Positions 1 to 12,165 of a DNA stretch of 64,000 bases are shown one piece after another. A model generated the notes under the pieces. The model did not search any database. It saw only the letters and a program-made list of their open reading frames with translations, and was not told the DNA's origin. Every line of letters begins with the position of its first letter. Position 1 is the stretch's first letter. The DNA lies in NCBI GenBank assembly GCA_964106645.2, contig OZ067043.1; one strand, written 5' to 3'. Source of the DNA: Podarcis pityusensis. Taxonomy: Eukaryota. A program made the position numbers and the translations under genes.

Positions 1-486
1 TTGTGGGTACCTCTGTCAGACACATACTATGCACTCTTGAAAGTTCTCGAATTTGCTACTGAACCCAATTTAAGATGTTAACACTGGCATATGAAGTGCT
101 CAGTGACTTGGTCCTCCAATGTTTGAAGAAGCAGCTCCATCTACACTGGCTTATCTGGGAGTTGATCATTAGGAGAGCTCCTATTGTGTTGGACACCCCC
201 CCCCCCCAATTCTGTGGTGTGAGGGACAGTGGTGCAGGAGGTCTTCTCTGTGGTTGTGGAGGTGCATCTAGCACAATCAACATATGCTTTTCAATGATTG
301 CTCAAGATGTACCTCTTTGAGTGCATGTTCCTGCACTGCATTTCTGCTATTCTGTCATTGTGACTTTATGATTTTAATGACATTTGAATTGTGATACTTT
401 TGTAACCCACCCTGCAGCCATGTGAATAGTATAAAAGTTGAGCTCTTCTCTTATGGAGTCTTCTGCACAAACCTTGCATGGTGCTG

Positions 487-611
487 ATTCAGAACCCTAA
501 ACCGTGCTTTATATAACTGACTTTTATTTTGTTATGTGTATATTGCAAAGTTTTTGTTGCTATGGCCGACGGCTGATGCAAATAAAGTTTCATTCATTCA
601 TTCATTCATTC
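487..611 (+). mobile_element. 5'-truncated non-LTR retroposon 3' end with (ATTC)n tail; family unassigned
   Basis: Perfect 17-bp target-site duplication AACCTTGCATGGTGCTG (470-486 and 612-628); AATAAA followed by an (ATTC)n tail. Confidence 0.8.
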
Positions 612-936
612 AACCTTGCATGGTGCTGTCCAGTGTACCACTAAAGAATTGGCTCACCTGCCTCCATGCTGTTGAGGTCAATGCTCAAAACAGAACATCA
701 TTTGGGCTATATGTTAACAGCTTTGTAAAATATTCAACAGGTACTACTGAGCTGTATTCTACGTAACCTCTCATCACCATTGGTATGTAGATATGCACAG
801 AACACTAAACCCTTTTTGTGTAAAAATTTCCAAGGAAATATCAGTCTTGCTATAATCTTCCATTTCATTTAGGCGCCAAGGAATAGTCAAAATGGAGAAT
901 GTGGGTGCACAGCATTATTAATTTGTGCCTGAAACA

Positions 937-942
937 TTTATT
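937..942 (-). terminator. Candidate polyadenylation signal AATAAA for PLPP3
   Basis: Minus strand reads gcTGTAtaaatgtgctttatAAATAAAtgtttc, with an upstream UGUA (CFIm-type) motif at the end of the AU-rich block. Confidence 0.7.
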
Positions 943-2463
943 TATAAAGCACATTTATACAGCATTTTTTTGTGTTTTTTTTCTTTTGCAAATACAAACT
1001 TTAATTTTGTACTCTACAAAAAGTCTTGCATATTCCTCTTTTTACAAAAAAAGAAACATTACAAAAATACAGACAATTTAATATGGTTTTTATACAATTG
1101 TCTTTAGTTGTTACTTTCATTAAAATATTGCTACCACAGAACTACAATATTTTAGTCGACTATAAAAAATTAAGTCAATGCTTTTTGTTTTAAGCAGCAA
1201 CATGTAAATAACACAGGTCAAAACACAGTTTATGATCATAGTGGATATATCTAAAATTGTTTCAGAAATAATATTTTACATAGTTAATTTTTAATGTTTT
1301 ATACATTATTTATATAATATTTATATATATTTATATATATTTATATTTATAAAAAAAAATCATAGCTTGCTAGAATTGAAATGATAGGACGGAGTTTGCA
1401 TGGCAAAGATGTGCAAAGGTCAGTCTGCCCTGGTTAGCATCAGCAGTTCAGTCCTTTTAAGGTTTTTAAGAACTGTCTTTTGGAATTACACCTGAAAGCC
1501 TAGAAGCGGGTCTCTTCCGGTTTACTTTCTTCGCGTGCCCTTGGTGTTGCTGAGAGCAGCATTTAGCCTAGTCTGTAATGAATAGTCGAAAATGATCCCT
1601 TTTCAAGCCATGGGAATTACAAAAGGGATTTGACTGAACATTAGGCTAAGACGGTCCCGCCCAGCAGTCCGCCCGATAGCTGGAGGAGTTGCGTTCTGAG
1701 TCTCAACCCCAGAGCCAATAGTGCTAACATAGATCAACAAGGCTGACCACAAACAAGGTATCCTCCGTATGTTATTTGAGTCAATGGTAAAAGGGGATTT
1801 TTTTTTAATTAAAAAACTAGGCCACCAAGTATAATACTATGCAGGCTGGACAATTCATACAGTACTGTTGACATTAGATATTAGAGGCATGGGTCCCATA
1901 TTTCATGTGTTGTCCCTTATTTGCACCTCCAACCTGCTCTCCAAAGTATTAGTGATGATAATAATTGTGAACATGGAGAATGTCATACAGAAAGTGAGGG
2001 ATAGGTGAAAACAAATATGGAATGACTCTTTACAACCAGGGATACTGGTGAAGCAGGCTGGGTTGCATTTAGAAAGTGGATTCTACACCTAACTGGAAAT
2101 AGAAAAATACTGTCTTACAGAATTGTGTAGTGGAAATAGGCACTTTTCTAACATTTTACCGGGTATACATCTCCGAAACCAAAAGTAAGTTCCGAATTGG
2201 AATGGAGATAAAGAAAACCAATAAAATAAGAGGTTACACTTAGAAAGTGATCACAAATCATGAATCAGTGCTTATTTTTCATAGATAGTGCTATAATCTA
2301 GTTGGCAAGGATTTTTCTCTCCCCTCTCTCACTTAATAGGAATTGAAAACTGTCATGGCAAATAAAAGAAGCAGAAGCAGAGATGGCCAGTTTCCTAGAA
2401 ATCATTTAGTGTTCATTAAGCTATGAACAATTCAGCATTCACTACAACATGAACACTCAGCCA

Positions 2464-2470
2464 ATTGCAC
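2464..2470 (-). promoter_or_regulatory. miR-25/32/92 family 7mer-m8 seed site (GUGCAAU) in the PLPP3 3'UTR
   Basis: Plus strand ATTGCAC; miR-92a is a described regulator of mammalian PLPP3. Confidence 0.55.
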
Positions 2471-2716
2471 ATTTAGAATTCCTGCATCGTGTTTTGATTT
2501 ATTTCGTAATTGTTGCCTTTGACTTACTTGAACAACACCCATTTTATGCAAATGTTGTGAGTGTAAAAAAGGCCACAGAGTCAGACCTCATTGGTCAGGC
2601 AAGAGTCTCTCCCTACATTCTACTGTCTGATGAGATTGAGAGCAGCAGGTAGTTGCTGTCAGCAGTCATTTTGCAAAAACAAAACAAAAACAAAAAAATA
2701 TATATTTGTCAAATGT

Positions 2717-2842
2717 CTACACCATGTTGTGATGATTGTTCCGATCAAGGATATCCACAGGTGAAAGTAACTCCTTCCGGATTGGAGGTGGGGGCAGAGA
2801 AATCTTTGTTTTCTCCTTGAAGAGGTCTGAGACATAGAACAC
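2717..2842 (-). CDS. PLPP3: PLPP3 terminal coding exon 6 (126 bp): VFYVSDLFKEKTKISLPPPPIRKELLSPVDILDRNNHHNMV*
   Basis: C-terminus diagnostic of LPP3 (…DRNNHHNM). Acceptor ttttatttacag; TAG stop at 2719-2717. Confidence 0.98.
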   Translation of the reverse strand: MFYVSDLFKEKTKISLPPPPIRKELLSPVDILDRNNHHNMV

Positions 2843-5800
2843 CTGTAAATAAAATGAATATATGCATTCAATATAAATATTCAGATTTTTATACCTGCTC
2901 CGGTTTATGTAAAGGAAATCTAAATCCTCCATTAATAAGCAAAACAGTTCTGAAGTTAAACTATCCTGCTATAATGTGAACCAGACTGAAGGTCTTCTAG
3001 ACTGGTCCATAAAAAAGCAAACAATTATTTCACAGGCGTCAAGCACTGCTAGATACCTAGCAGGGACAAAGGCCCAAGGCACAACTTTGCATAAATGTCT
3101 AGTGGCCCTGGCGGGGATCTCACTGGTATCAAATTTGCAGCATGCCCTGGCATTGTGTAAGCAAAGAAAAATAAATTATGCTTTCGAAAAGGGGGAAAGG
3201 GACAAGAGATCTATCTGGAATCTGCAAGAAATATCTGGAACTTGGGACGCCTGGGATGCCCCTCTTAAGAGTGCCCAACAGGAAAGAAAATCCTGATTAA
3301 TGTAATTGGACAGTGTGATTGAGTATCACTTCTCACCTACTTTTTACTGATATGGAAAATGCCTTTCCCTGCCTTTCCTTTTCCACTGGATCTCACCCAG
3401 CACCCATTGGTTTCTTTCACTATTTTAATTCAAATACATTCACTGTGTGTGTGGAAGGGAGATGTACTGAGGGGATGGGAATTTTCTTAATACAGAAGTC
3501 TTGAAAAATGTTATTTACAGTTAAAAAACAACAACAACCCGGCACACAATCAAGAAGCTGTCAACATCCATACCAAGAGTTCACACGGCTTCGCTTCCTC
3601 TGGTGATTTAAATGGACTAAAATTAAACTTCCCTTTGGAGTCAATTCTCCATAATTCTTAGTCAGTCAGGGTAGCTTGATATTTCCTTGCCTTCCCACCC
3701 ACCCGCATCCCCTTCCCTACTGCCCTTTCCTCACAGCTAGAAAATTAAAGCTTAGTCAGGATGACTGTCCTGTCATTTTAAAGAAATAGTGTCAAGGAAG
3801 AGATATTCCCAACCACCTTTCCCTGAAATAATCAATGACGTATCCGCTCTTACGGATGTGAAAAGTCTCCCACTTGACAATTCAGAGAGGCAGCCACACA
3901 ATAGGAAAGCCCTGGGAGGAAACTTTGACATCCTCCCTCAGTCAAAATCGTATCAAGTCCAGCATGACTGATGTACTTTCTCCCTTGCAAAATTTAACTC
4001 TGAAGCCAGAAAGGAAAAGGGTCAGACAGAATGCAGGCTCTGCTGACAGGAGAATAAGGCTCATCTCTGCTATTCAATGCTAGAGGCTTGGTACAAACAA
4101 ATCCCAGCTATTAAACACATATATTTACATACAACAACAATCACACAAGCTGCTACAGACTTGTTCACTGGCTGGATGACAATTGGTTTACTACTAAATT
4201 TCCAATTTCGTGAGCATTGTGGTAACTGGGCCCAGTGTCAAGAAGTGACAGCCATGGGATGGTTGAGGATACAGTGAGACGTGGGCTCGCTCATCCCCAC
4301 CCCCAAAATATCCTGTTTTCTGCAGGCTACTGCCAGTGTAAATCTATTGTAAATCTAATACTTTGTCAGTGTAAATCTAATACTTTGAGTGAGTGGAACA
4401 TACCGGACAAATGATGCCAGTGTCATTTGGTAGGCAGACTGGAGCTATGGACTGCCATCTAAATACTGTATATGTTGACGGGAGTCAATGGAAAGCCCAA
4501 GGCAATTTATTCCCACCTTACCTGCAGTTACACAGGGGCTGCAGAATGGGATGCCAATTAACCCAAGAGCTACTCACGACTCAAACAAGAGCAGCGCACC
4601 TCCCCAGAACATAGACTGCACATTTGAAAAGCAGAACGTGTGGCTACATAACTCTAGACCCATAGCTGACTTTACAGGTGGGAAGTTTGTGATGGAATAG
4701 TTTGTGCAAAATGTTCCCTTGGTGCAAGGTGCCCCATTAACAACTACCTCTTCATCCTGCCTACCAGGAATCCCCAAAAAACAAGGTACAGAAAAGATAA
4801 TGGGGTTAAATAAAACAGCTGATCCATGAAATATGCCCATCTATTGACAAATGTAATTCCACGAAAACCCATCACTCTGTTCTGCAGTTGAAGTAACCAA
4901 TGTGTGAGAGGCTCTTATTCCACCAGCGAATGTGTCCAGCAAGAGCATTATTGTTCATATGTTATGACCAAAAGCATTGCTTTTATACTGCTTTTAGAGA
5001 AGTTGTGCTCCTAATTCAACTTCCCGAGACTTCCATTAGTTAGGCTACTAGGCTTTTCAGAGTGAGAAATCACAAAGCATTTGATTGTTTAAAGAGATTG
5101 CTTGTTTTACTGGATGCAGATGTTTGCATTCAGGCTTCCAATTGTCTTGCTATGTTCCCAGATCAGTTAGTTTGACATCTAAATATTAGCATTGAAGCAA
5201 ACAGTTATTTCTCTGAGGAAACAGAACTCCACTCAGGAAAAAAATAGATGGTTGGCTGCAACCAAAGAAAAATAAATAGTAGTACCAACCTCTTTCCCTG
5301 GCTTATTTAAATTTCATGTTCTCTTTGAAGGCAACACTAGGGTTCCTGTACCAAAACTACAGTTCCTTTTTTCTGATTGTCAGCATATTAAGTCTCCTGT
5401 TTCAAATGAAGCTATATTAGAGATGGATAGGCATTCTAGACTTTCTTTTGGTTCTGGAGAAAAAGGTTTCTTACCCATTATAACACTAGCCCTTCATAAA
5501 GAGAGGAAAAGGAGCTGTGAACTCCTGACAGCAAATGCTGTCTCTGACTGTCCTACTCAAATCAATGAGATTTAAATTAGTCAAGACCACTTCTGACTAC
5601 TTGCTTTTGTTGGACGGTGTGCAGTACTTGTGATTCATGCTTGTATTCTATCACTACTTCAAGAAACTTGTGGTGGAGAATTGTAAGCGTCCCTTTGATT
5701 TTTTTGGGGGGGGGGGAATAGGCATACTTGGTGTTCTCTGTGTGTCTTCTAGATTTTGGAAATATTTAAATCTTGATTTAATTTGAACACAACTGCTAAA

Positions 5801-7467
5801 TGTCTGTACCCATTCATCCATTTCTGTAGTATGGCAGAAGCAAGAGTTGGAAGGCGATTTTGATGCCATGCCTCTCATGTACCCACTTCCTAAGACTGGA
5901 TTCAATCACGACGATGTCCACATTCTATACCAAGAGCTCCATGACAAATCAATTTGTGGCAGGAGTGAGTAGCGGTTGCACGGTGGAAGTGGCAGATGGG
6001 GGATTAGGTTCAATCTGGCCTGTATTTTCTAACTGGATAAGTTATGGATGGAGTGTCATCTTGGCTTTCTTAGCCTTTGCTCTGCAGTTCATGGCGTGTG
6101 TGGCTTTAAATCAGATATTTGGGTAGTGGCGTTAATTCCCATTTAAACTGTATTTCACTTTTAGCAAGGTTTGAGGTTATAAAAACACTTTGAGAAATCA
6201 TGAAACATGATCTCGTAAGGTTAGAACAGTGTGTTAAACCTTCCTAATGCTTCAGCTGCTTAACACAAAAAGAGAGAGGGGTAAATGCACAGAGTGTTTT
6301 TGCTTGGATTTATGCCACTTCCTGTGGAAGGTGCTCTCCACCCATAAAGAAAACTCAACAGCAGACGACAGGGAATGTGCTATATGATGCTGTAAGCTGG
6401 CAGCTCACCATTTCAACTGATCGATGCCCTTCTTAAATTCATTATATTAGAAAAGACTTTACTTGGATCCGGAACATTTTAGCAAACAGCTTAACATGGT
6501 TAGGTGAATAGGAGAAGGAAATGGCCCCTAAGATTTGCATTTTCCCACAATTTGCTACAACACAATTATAGCCACCACAAAAGTGATTCATAAAAGACAT
6601 TTTGATTCTAGACATTCTGATTGCATCTGAATTCCAAACAAAACAAGATCTTGTATGGTCCTGGATGAAACAAGTACTGCAACCCCCTTAGAGGCTAGCC
6701 TCAGCTACTGGTACCTATTGCCAATAATCAGGAGAACTAAACTGCAAGAACTCCGGGTCAAAAGACAGGACATAAATTTTAAATAAATTCATAAAAGTAT
6801 ATAAAGCACAGTGAAAAAGGTGAGGCTAGGGCTTTTCTAAATCTAAGTCTCATAAGCAACACTCAACTTGCTTATGAACATTTAGGCCATTCCTGAGGAG
6901 CTGGAAATTATGGGAAGACGTAGGGGAGCAGTAGTCACCCCTCTCTTCGTTTCCTTTTCTACAGCCATGTCTCTTTCCCCACCCCCCATGGCTGCACAAG
7001 GGCCAGATTAAAAGTGACCAATACCCTCTGCACATCCTGATGAAGGACTGAAAGGGCAGCAGCCACGGAGGGAGAGGGTTAAAAAGGAAGTGGTGTACAT
7101 GTGTGTGGTGTTTCTCAGGCAGCTGCTTCCTCCGTGGCCTTTATCTCGTCACAGGAAAGTCAGCCTATAGCAGCCGAACTCTCACCCCTCCTCTGGCCCA
7201 GTAAAACATGCCATCTGTTTACAGGTCAGGAAAACGGGGTCAGATTTGTAACTTGTCATTGGACAGTAAATGGTGAAAAGTGTCCTGCTCATGCATCAAG
7301 ACCCTTATTGTCTGTCAGAAGCGTTTTTGCTGCAATGCATTGAGTTCATCTGCATCCTACTGCGCCCTAGCATTGCTTTTTTCTTCTTCTTCTCTCTGTC
7401 CTCTTCCACCCTTTGGCAAAGTTTTTAGAGCAACTAACAGGAGAGCTTAGTCAAAGCCTTCCATATA

Positions 7468-7819
7468 AAAGGTAAAGGTACCCCTGCCCGTACGGGCCAG
7501 TCGTGTCCGACTCTAGGGTTGTGCGCCCATCTCACTTAAGAGGCCGGGGTCCAGCGCTGTCCGGAGACACTTCCGGGTCACGTGGCCAGCGTGACGAAGC
7601 TGCTCTGGTGAGCCGGCACCAGCGCAGCACACGGAAACGCCGTTTACCTTCCCGCTATAAAGCGGTACCTATTTATCTACTTGCACTTAAGGGTGCTTTT
7701 GAACTGCTAGGTGGGCAGGAGCTGGGACCGAAAGATGGGAGCTCACCCCGCTGCGGGGATTCGAACCGCCAACCATGCGATCGGCAAGCCCTAGGTGCTG
7801 AGGTTTTACCCACAGCGCC
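7468..7819 (-). mobile_element. Sauria SINE (Squam1/POM type), near full length, intron 5
   Basis: tRNA-derived head (GGCGCTGTGGGTAAAACC…GGTTCGAATCCC B box), GTGCAAGTAGATAAATAGGTACC core and (ACCTTT)n tail. Confidence 0.92.
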
Positions 7820-9012
7820 GACAAAGCCACATGACCCAAATTGAAGCCCCTGAGCTGAAAAACTGTTTCATTGTGCGAAAAAGTTGCCCAAAGTATTTTC
7901 TGAATATATCCAAGAGCTCCTTCCAGGCTGATCTTTTGTTTGTTTAACCCGTGACAGAAATAAATAAGAATAAAAATGCCACGGAAGCTTTGAAGAATAT
8001 TGTTGCTCTGTCTCTGCAACTTAGTGGAGACTATCACTTCTGCTACTAAGTAAAATGTAAGCAGGAGATGTTCACCCACTGAAATTACAATTGAGGTTCA
8101 ATGTGTATGTGGGAGATGCAGGACTGGGGAAGAAGCGCTTGCTGGAAAACAAACTGATGGCCTGGGGGCATGGAGGGTGCTTATGCATTCTCCCCCCGCC
8201 CCCCGATTCTCTGGCAGTTTTATTATTATTTTTCTTTCCAGCTAGATTGTGAAATTGCAAGTGAGGAGGGCAAGTCATTTGTAGGGGGAAACTGGTGGTT
8301 TTGGGAAGGAGTAAGCACCTGCCTGGCAAATCTCCCATATAAGTGCTATTCCTGTAATTGCATAGTCAAACTGCATCTTATGTGGGAACTCAAGGCTTGG
8401 AAATCCCCAGGTTTATTTACTTCACAAAATGCAGCTGGCCCTGATTCAGAGCACTGCATGGTGCTGATTGTGGAGTTGTGACCCTTTATCTCTATGCTGT
8501 GAAGCTCTGATAGCTTTCTCCTGAAGGCTGTGATGTCTCAAAAAGAGACGTTGATCTGGGCATGTTTTCTGGAGCTAAAAACATTTCTGCTTAGCTTTTC
8601 AATCTGTACTTGGGTACTGAGAGACTACATTGCTCACAGAATGCAAACAGTGGTTTGGTTAGCAATGGAATCAGTGGAGAAGAAAGAAAATACATATATA
8701 TTCAGCTGCCTTTTGAGGTGTTTCAAAACTCAGGATGGGTGGGGGGCTGCTGTAACGGTTTACACATTCACCTGTGTGAACCACCCTGCTAATGTGCCCA
8801 GTCTTGTATGCATTCAAGGAGAACTCTTTTCCATGCACTAGACATCACCAATCTAATCCTTAGAGGGAAATTGTTTCACATGAACTTCACATGTTACATG
8901 TGAAAGGTTACTGTTTCCTGTGTGTTTATCTTTTAGGTTTCTAACACTGCGTTGCACATTTGTTTTCCTTATTTAAGTCTCCATCCCTTTCTCCCTTCTT
9001 TGTTTAAGTCTA

Positions 9013-9402
<390 letters not shown>

Positions 9403-9719
9403 CTACAAAGAAAAAAAAAAGGAAGGAGAAAGACATTAGGATGCTGTCCTCGCAACAGTCGGCACCAGACTGCAGTGGAACAGAATTGGTGCCAGGTTTA
9501 CAATATGGCAAACAGAAAACAAACCTATCTTCAGGGCAGAACAAAATAGCAGCCGGGGGAAAAAGCGTTGTGTGGCAGGGAGGGCCTCTGCTGTCACTAC
9601 CAACACTGCAAAACAGGTGTCAGCAGTAGGCAAAAGGTGGTAGAGGAATTTCAACCCCCACCTTGTCGACCAAATTTGGGTCCCAAGTTCAAACCTTCGG
9701 CTCAATCTTCGTAACTTCT

Positions 9720-10085
9720 TTTGTCTGTCACGCCATCCAACTTTAATGAGCGACCCACAGTCCTATGATTACAATTACTGGGGAATGGTGTGCTTTCTTT
9801 ATCAAATTTTAACACACTATTTATAATTGTATAAACCTTTCTTATGTCTTTCCTTGATCATTTTTTCTACCTGATAAGAAAGGTTTATACAATTATAAAT
9901 AGTGTGTTAAAATTTGATAAAGAAAGCACACCATTCTCAGATGGAAAGTCCCCCCCCCCTTTATAATTTTGGCTTCCCCACTTCTGAACATTTTCCAGAT
10001 CTGCAACTCCCTTTTTGAGATGAGGTAACTGGAACACTGCTGAATATTATTGCAAGTGCAGCTGCAGCATGGATCATAGCATTAA
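9720..10085 (-). mobile_element. Decayed CR1 LINE ORF2 3' fragment, interrupted by an inverted duplication
   Basis: Resembles CR1 ORF2 3' motifs (plus strand tccctttttgagatgaggtaactggaac…; minus strand …aggtttatacaattat…). Recognised from memory of the family; boundaries approximate. Confidence 0.55.
9783..9936. repeat. Perfect 63-bp inverted repeat (arms 9783-9845 and 9874-9936; 28-bp loop)
   Basis: Base-by-base comparison shows the arms are exact reverse complements. Confidence 0.97.
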
Positions 10086-11857
10086 GATTCAGACCATCTT
10101 ATGGTTTTTTACTAATTTGCTTTTAAATCCTAGCAGTGTTTGTGACCACTTTGTGACTTGAACTTTTAAAATGCCTTGGCCCTAAAATACAGTGTTCGAA
10201 ATGATACTTTTGCTTCAGCCAGGGAAAACGAACAAACAAATCAACAGCCAACCAAGGACTTGACCTGAAATGAAGTAGCTGAAATGATGTCAAACGGGTA
10301 TTGTCTCCTGCCTCACCCCTCCCCACTTATCCTGGTCTGGTTTCCTCTTGAAAGTTGTGGGCACAACCTATTCCTCGAGTTCCTGTGGGAACCTTGGGAA
10401 GCCAAAAAGAGAGAGGAAGAGGCAGCAGGAAAGGCAGAAACGTTTGCCCACAAATCAAAGGAGCTGGAGGCTAACCCAGTCTGAAATGCAGGGCGAGGGG
10501 AGTTTGAATATGGCCAAGTCCTCCCATTATGGCTGCCTTCCCATAACACAAGGCAGGGAGATGAACGTGACAAGGTCACAGCAATGCCTGCTTGTATAAT
10601 TGATGCAGTAAAAGTTTACAGTTGGAGGAAAAGCGAGGCACTGTAGTCTGATCACTGCTTACAAATCAAGACATGAATTAGGATGGGCTCATTCTTAAGC
10701 CAATAAACCATGGTTTCTCAGTCCAATATTTTTATGTCTGGACTGGGACATTTTTATGTAGTTGCTTTGTTGAACCTGCCATTGGTACAATGCACAAGCA
10801 CTGGTACAAGCCAATCAGTATATTTTCAGAAGAAAACAGTGCATGCCAGTAGTCTGAGAGAAGAAAGGTCAGGTCTAAACTTAAGAGAGCTCCTGCAAGC
10901 AAGAACTGCAAGCAAGGCAGAATTTTACCAGATACAGCTGTCTCTACCATGGCATTTCAGTTCTGACAGAGGCTGTACCTATTGGAATTCACCAGTCTCA
11001 CAGAATCATAGAATTGTTTTATCTAAGCCTGAATGTATAAGAGCCCATTCAGTCATTAAACAATTTAGAATCATCCTTCAACATAATATCAATTATTTCT
11101 CTTTCGATGAAACTTTAAATCACCATATTTGCTGAACAAAATTTAGTTGCAGCATGTGGAAGGTTAACTAGCCCGATCTTGTGTTCTTTTTCACAAAACC
11201 CACCCTGTGCTGTCATCTTCTGCCCTCTTTACATCCGAAAGGTTTTCATTATAAAGTGAAACCAAGCTAAAGAAAACAAACACTTAATGTAAAAAAACAA
11301 AAAACAAAAACGAACAACCCAACTGAACTGAAGTTGTTTTTACAGCAGACAAAAAGCGAATTACAAGTGGTTTTTACTCAAGTCTCTATATACTGCTAAC
11401 TCAGTCGTGGGAGGTTTACGGAGGCGCCAGTGTGGTGTTTATATAGTAACATGAAATGAACAACTGTCACTTGCAGACCAATAAGCTGCAGTGGGAAAAG
11501 TGGCGGCCAATAGCACAGAGGAGATAAGTGTGACAAAACCAAAGAGGGAGGGAAGACAGCAATGACCTCGTGGCCATATGTAGCCAGGGTTGCTGGAAAA
11601 CCTCTCACATATAAGAAATCTGGCAGTGGCAACATCACCACAGAGCAGACCGCTCTCAGGGCAACGTGCAGCAGTTCTGTGGCCAGGGGACTTCCAGTGA
11701 TGTTAGTGGGAATGTCTGTGGTTGGTCAGGGATCCCAAGTAAACAAAAATGAGGGGCTCATGTTCCCTTAACAAGTGAGGAGGAGAAAAATATTAATAGT
11801 TGCTTACATTTTTGTTACTTTTCAGAAGGTTTGGCTGCTATAATAAGAATAAGAGGA

Positions 11858-11906
11858 AGAAGAAGAAGAAGAAGAAGAAGAAGAAGAAGAAGAAGAAGAA
11901 GAAGAA
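11858..11906. repeat. (AAG)n microsatellite
   Basis: Read directly; explains the poly-Arg ORF 11831..12016. Confidence 0.97.
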
Positions 11907-12029
11907 TATCACATACAACATATGTTTGTTGTAAGAAGGGCTTTCATTCCATTTTCAGACAGTGGCTCAAAGCAGCTAAATCCACCATTTTCAACGTTTA
12001 TATCATGCGTGAATGAATACATGTGTCAT

Positions 12030-12165
12030 CAGTGCTGTTTTTCTAGAAAGGGGTTCTGGAACTCACCATGAACGACTCCTTTGTTCTCTTATAATGGCAA
12101 TGGTGCCCACCTGAGAGGTGCCGGAACTGAGTTCCACTGAGTTCCAGCTGGGGGGAAAAGCTCTG
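12030..12165. mobile_element. hAT-type MITE
   Basis: CAGTGCT…AGCTCTG termini and 8-bp TSD TGTGTCAT/CGTGTCAT; an inverted second copy lies at ~36745-36871. Confidence 0.8.

Larger units (their letters stand above)
915..2716 (-). other. PLPP3: PLPP3 3' UTR (~1.8 kb, AU-rich distal part; 3' end approximate)
   Basis: Runs from the stop codon to the candidate poly(A) signal with no recognisable repeats; strongly A/U-rich at 930-1350. Confidence 0.75.

Noticed and set aside
1592-1635. SECIS-like pattern (ATGA-stem-AA…stem-TGA) on the plus strand
   Set aside because: It is antisense to the mRNA, the helix before AA is too short (9 nt versus 11-12), and no in-frame UGA exists in the exons seen.
5860-6126. 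Hydrophobic 88-aa plus-strand ORF resembling a membrane peptide
   Set aside because: No recognisable family; length is within chance expectation for intronic DNA.
11390-11790. Possible alternative PLPP3 exon in intron 4 (pyrimidine tract plus AG near 11770)
   Set aside because: No PLPP-like peptide and no convincing donor; unsupported without RNA-seq.
11831-12016. Poly-Arg (protamine-like) ORF
   Set aside because: Translation of the (AAG)n microsatellite.
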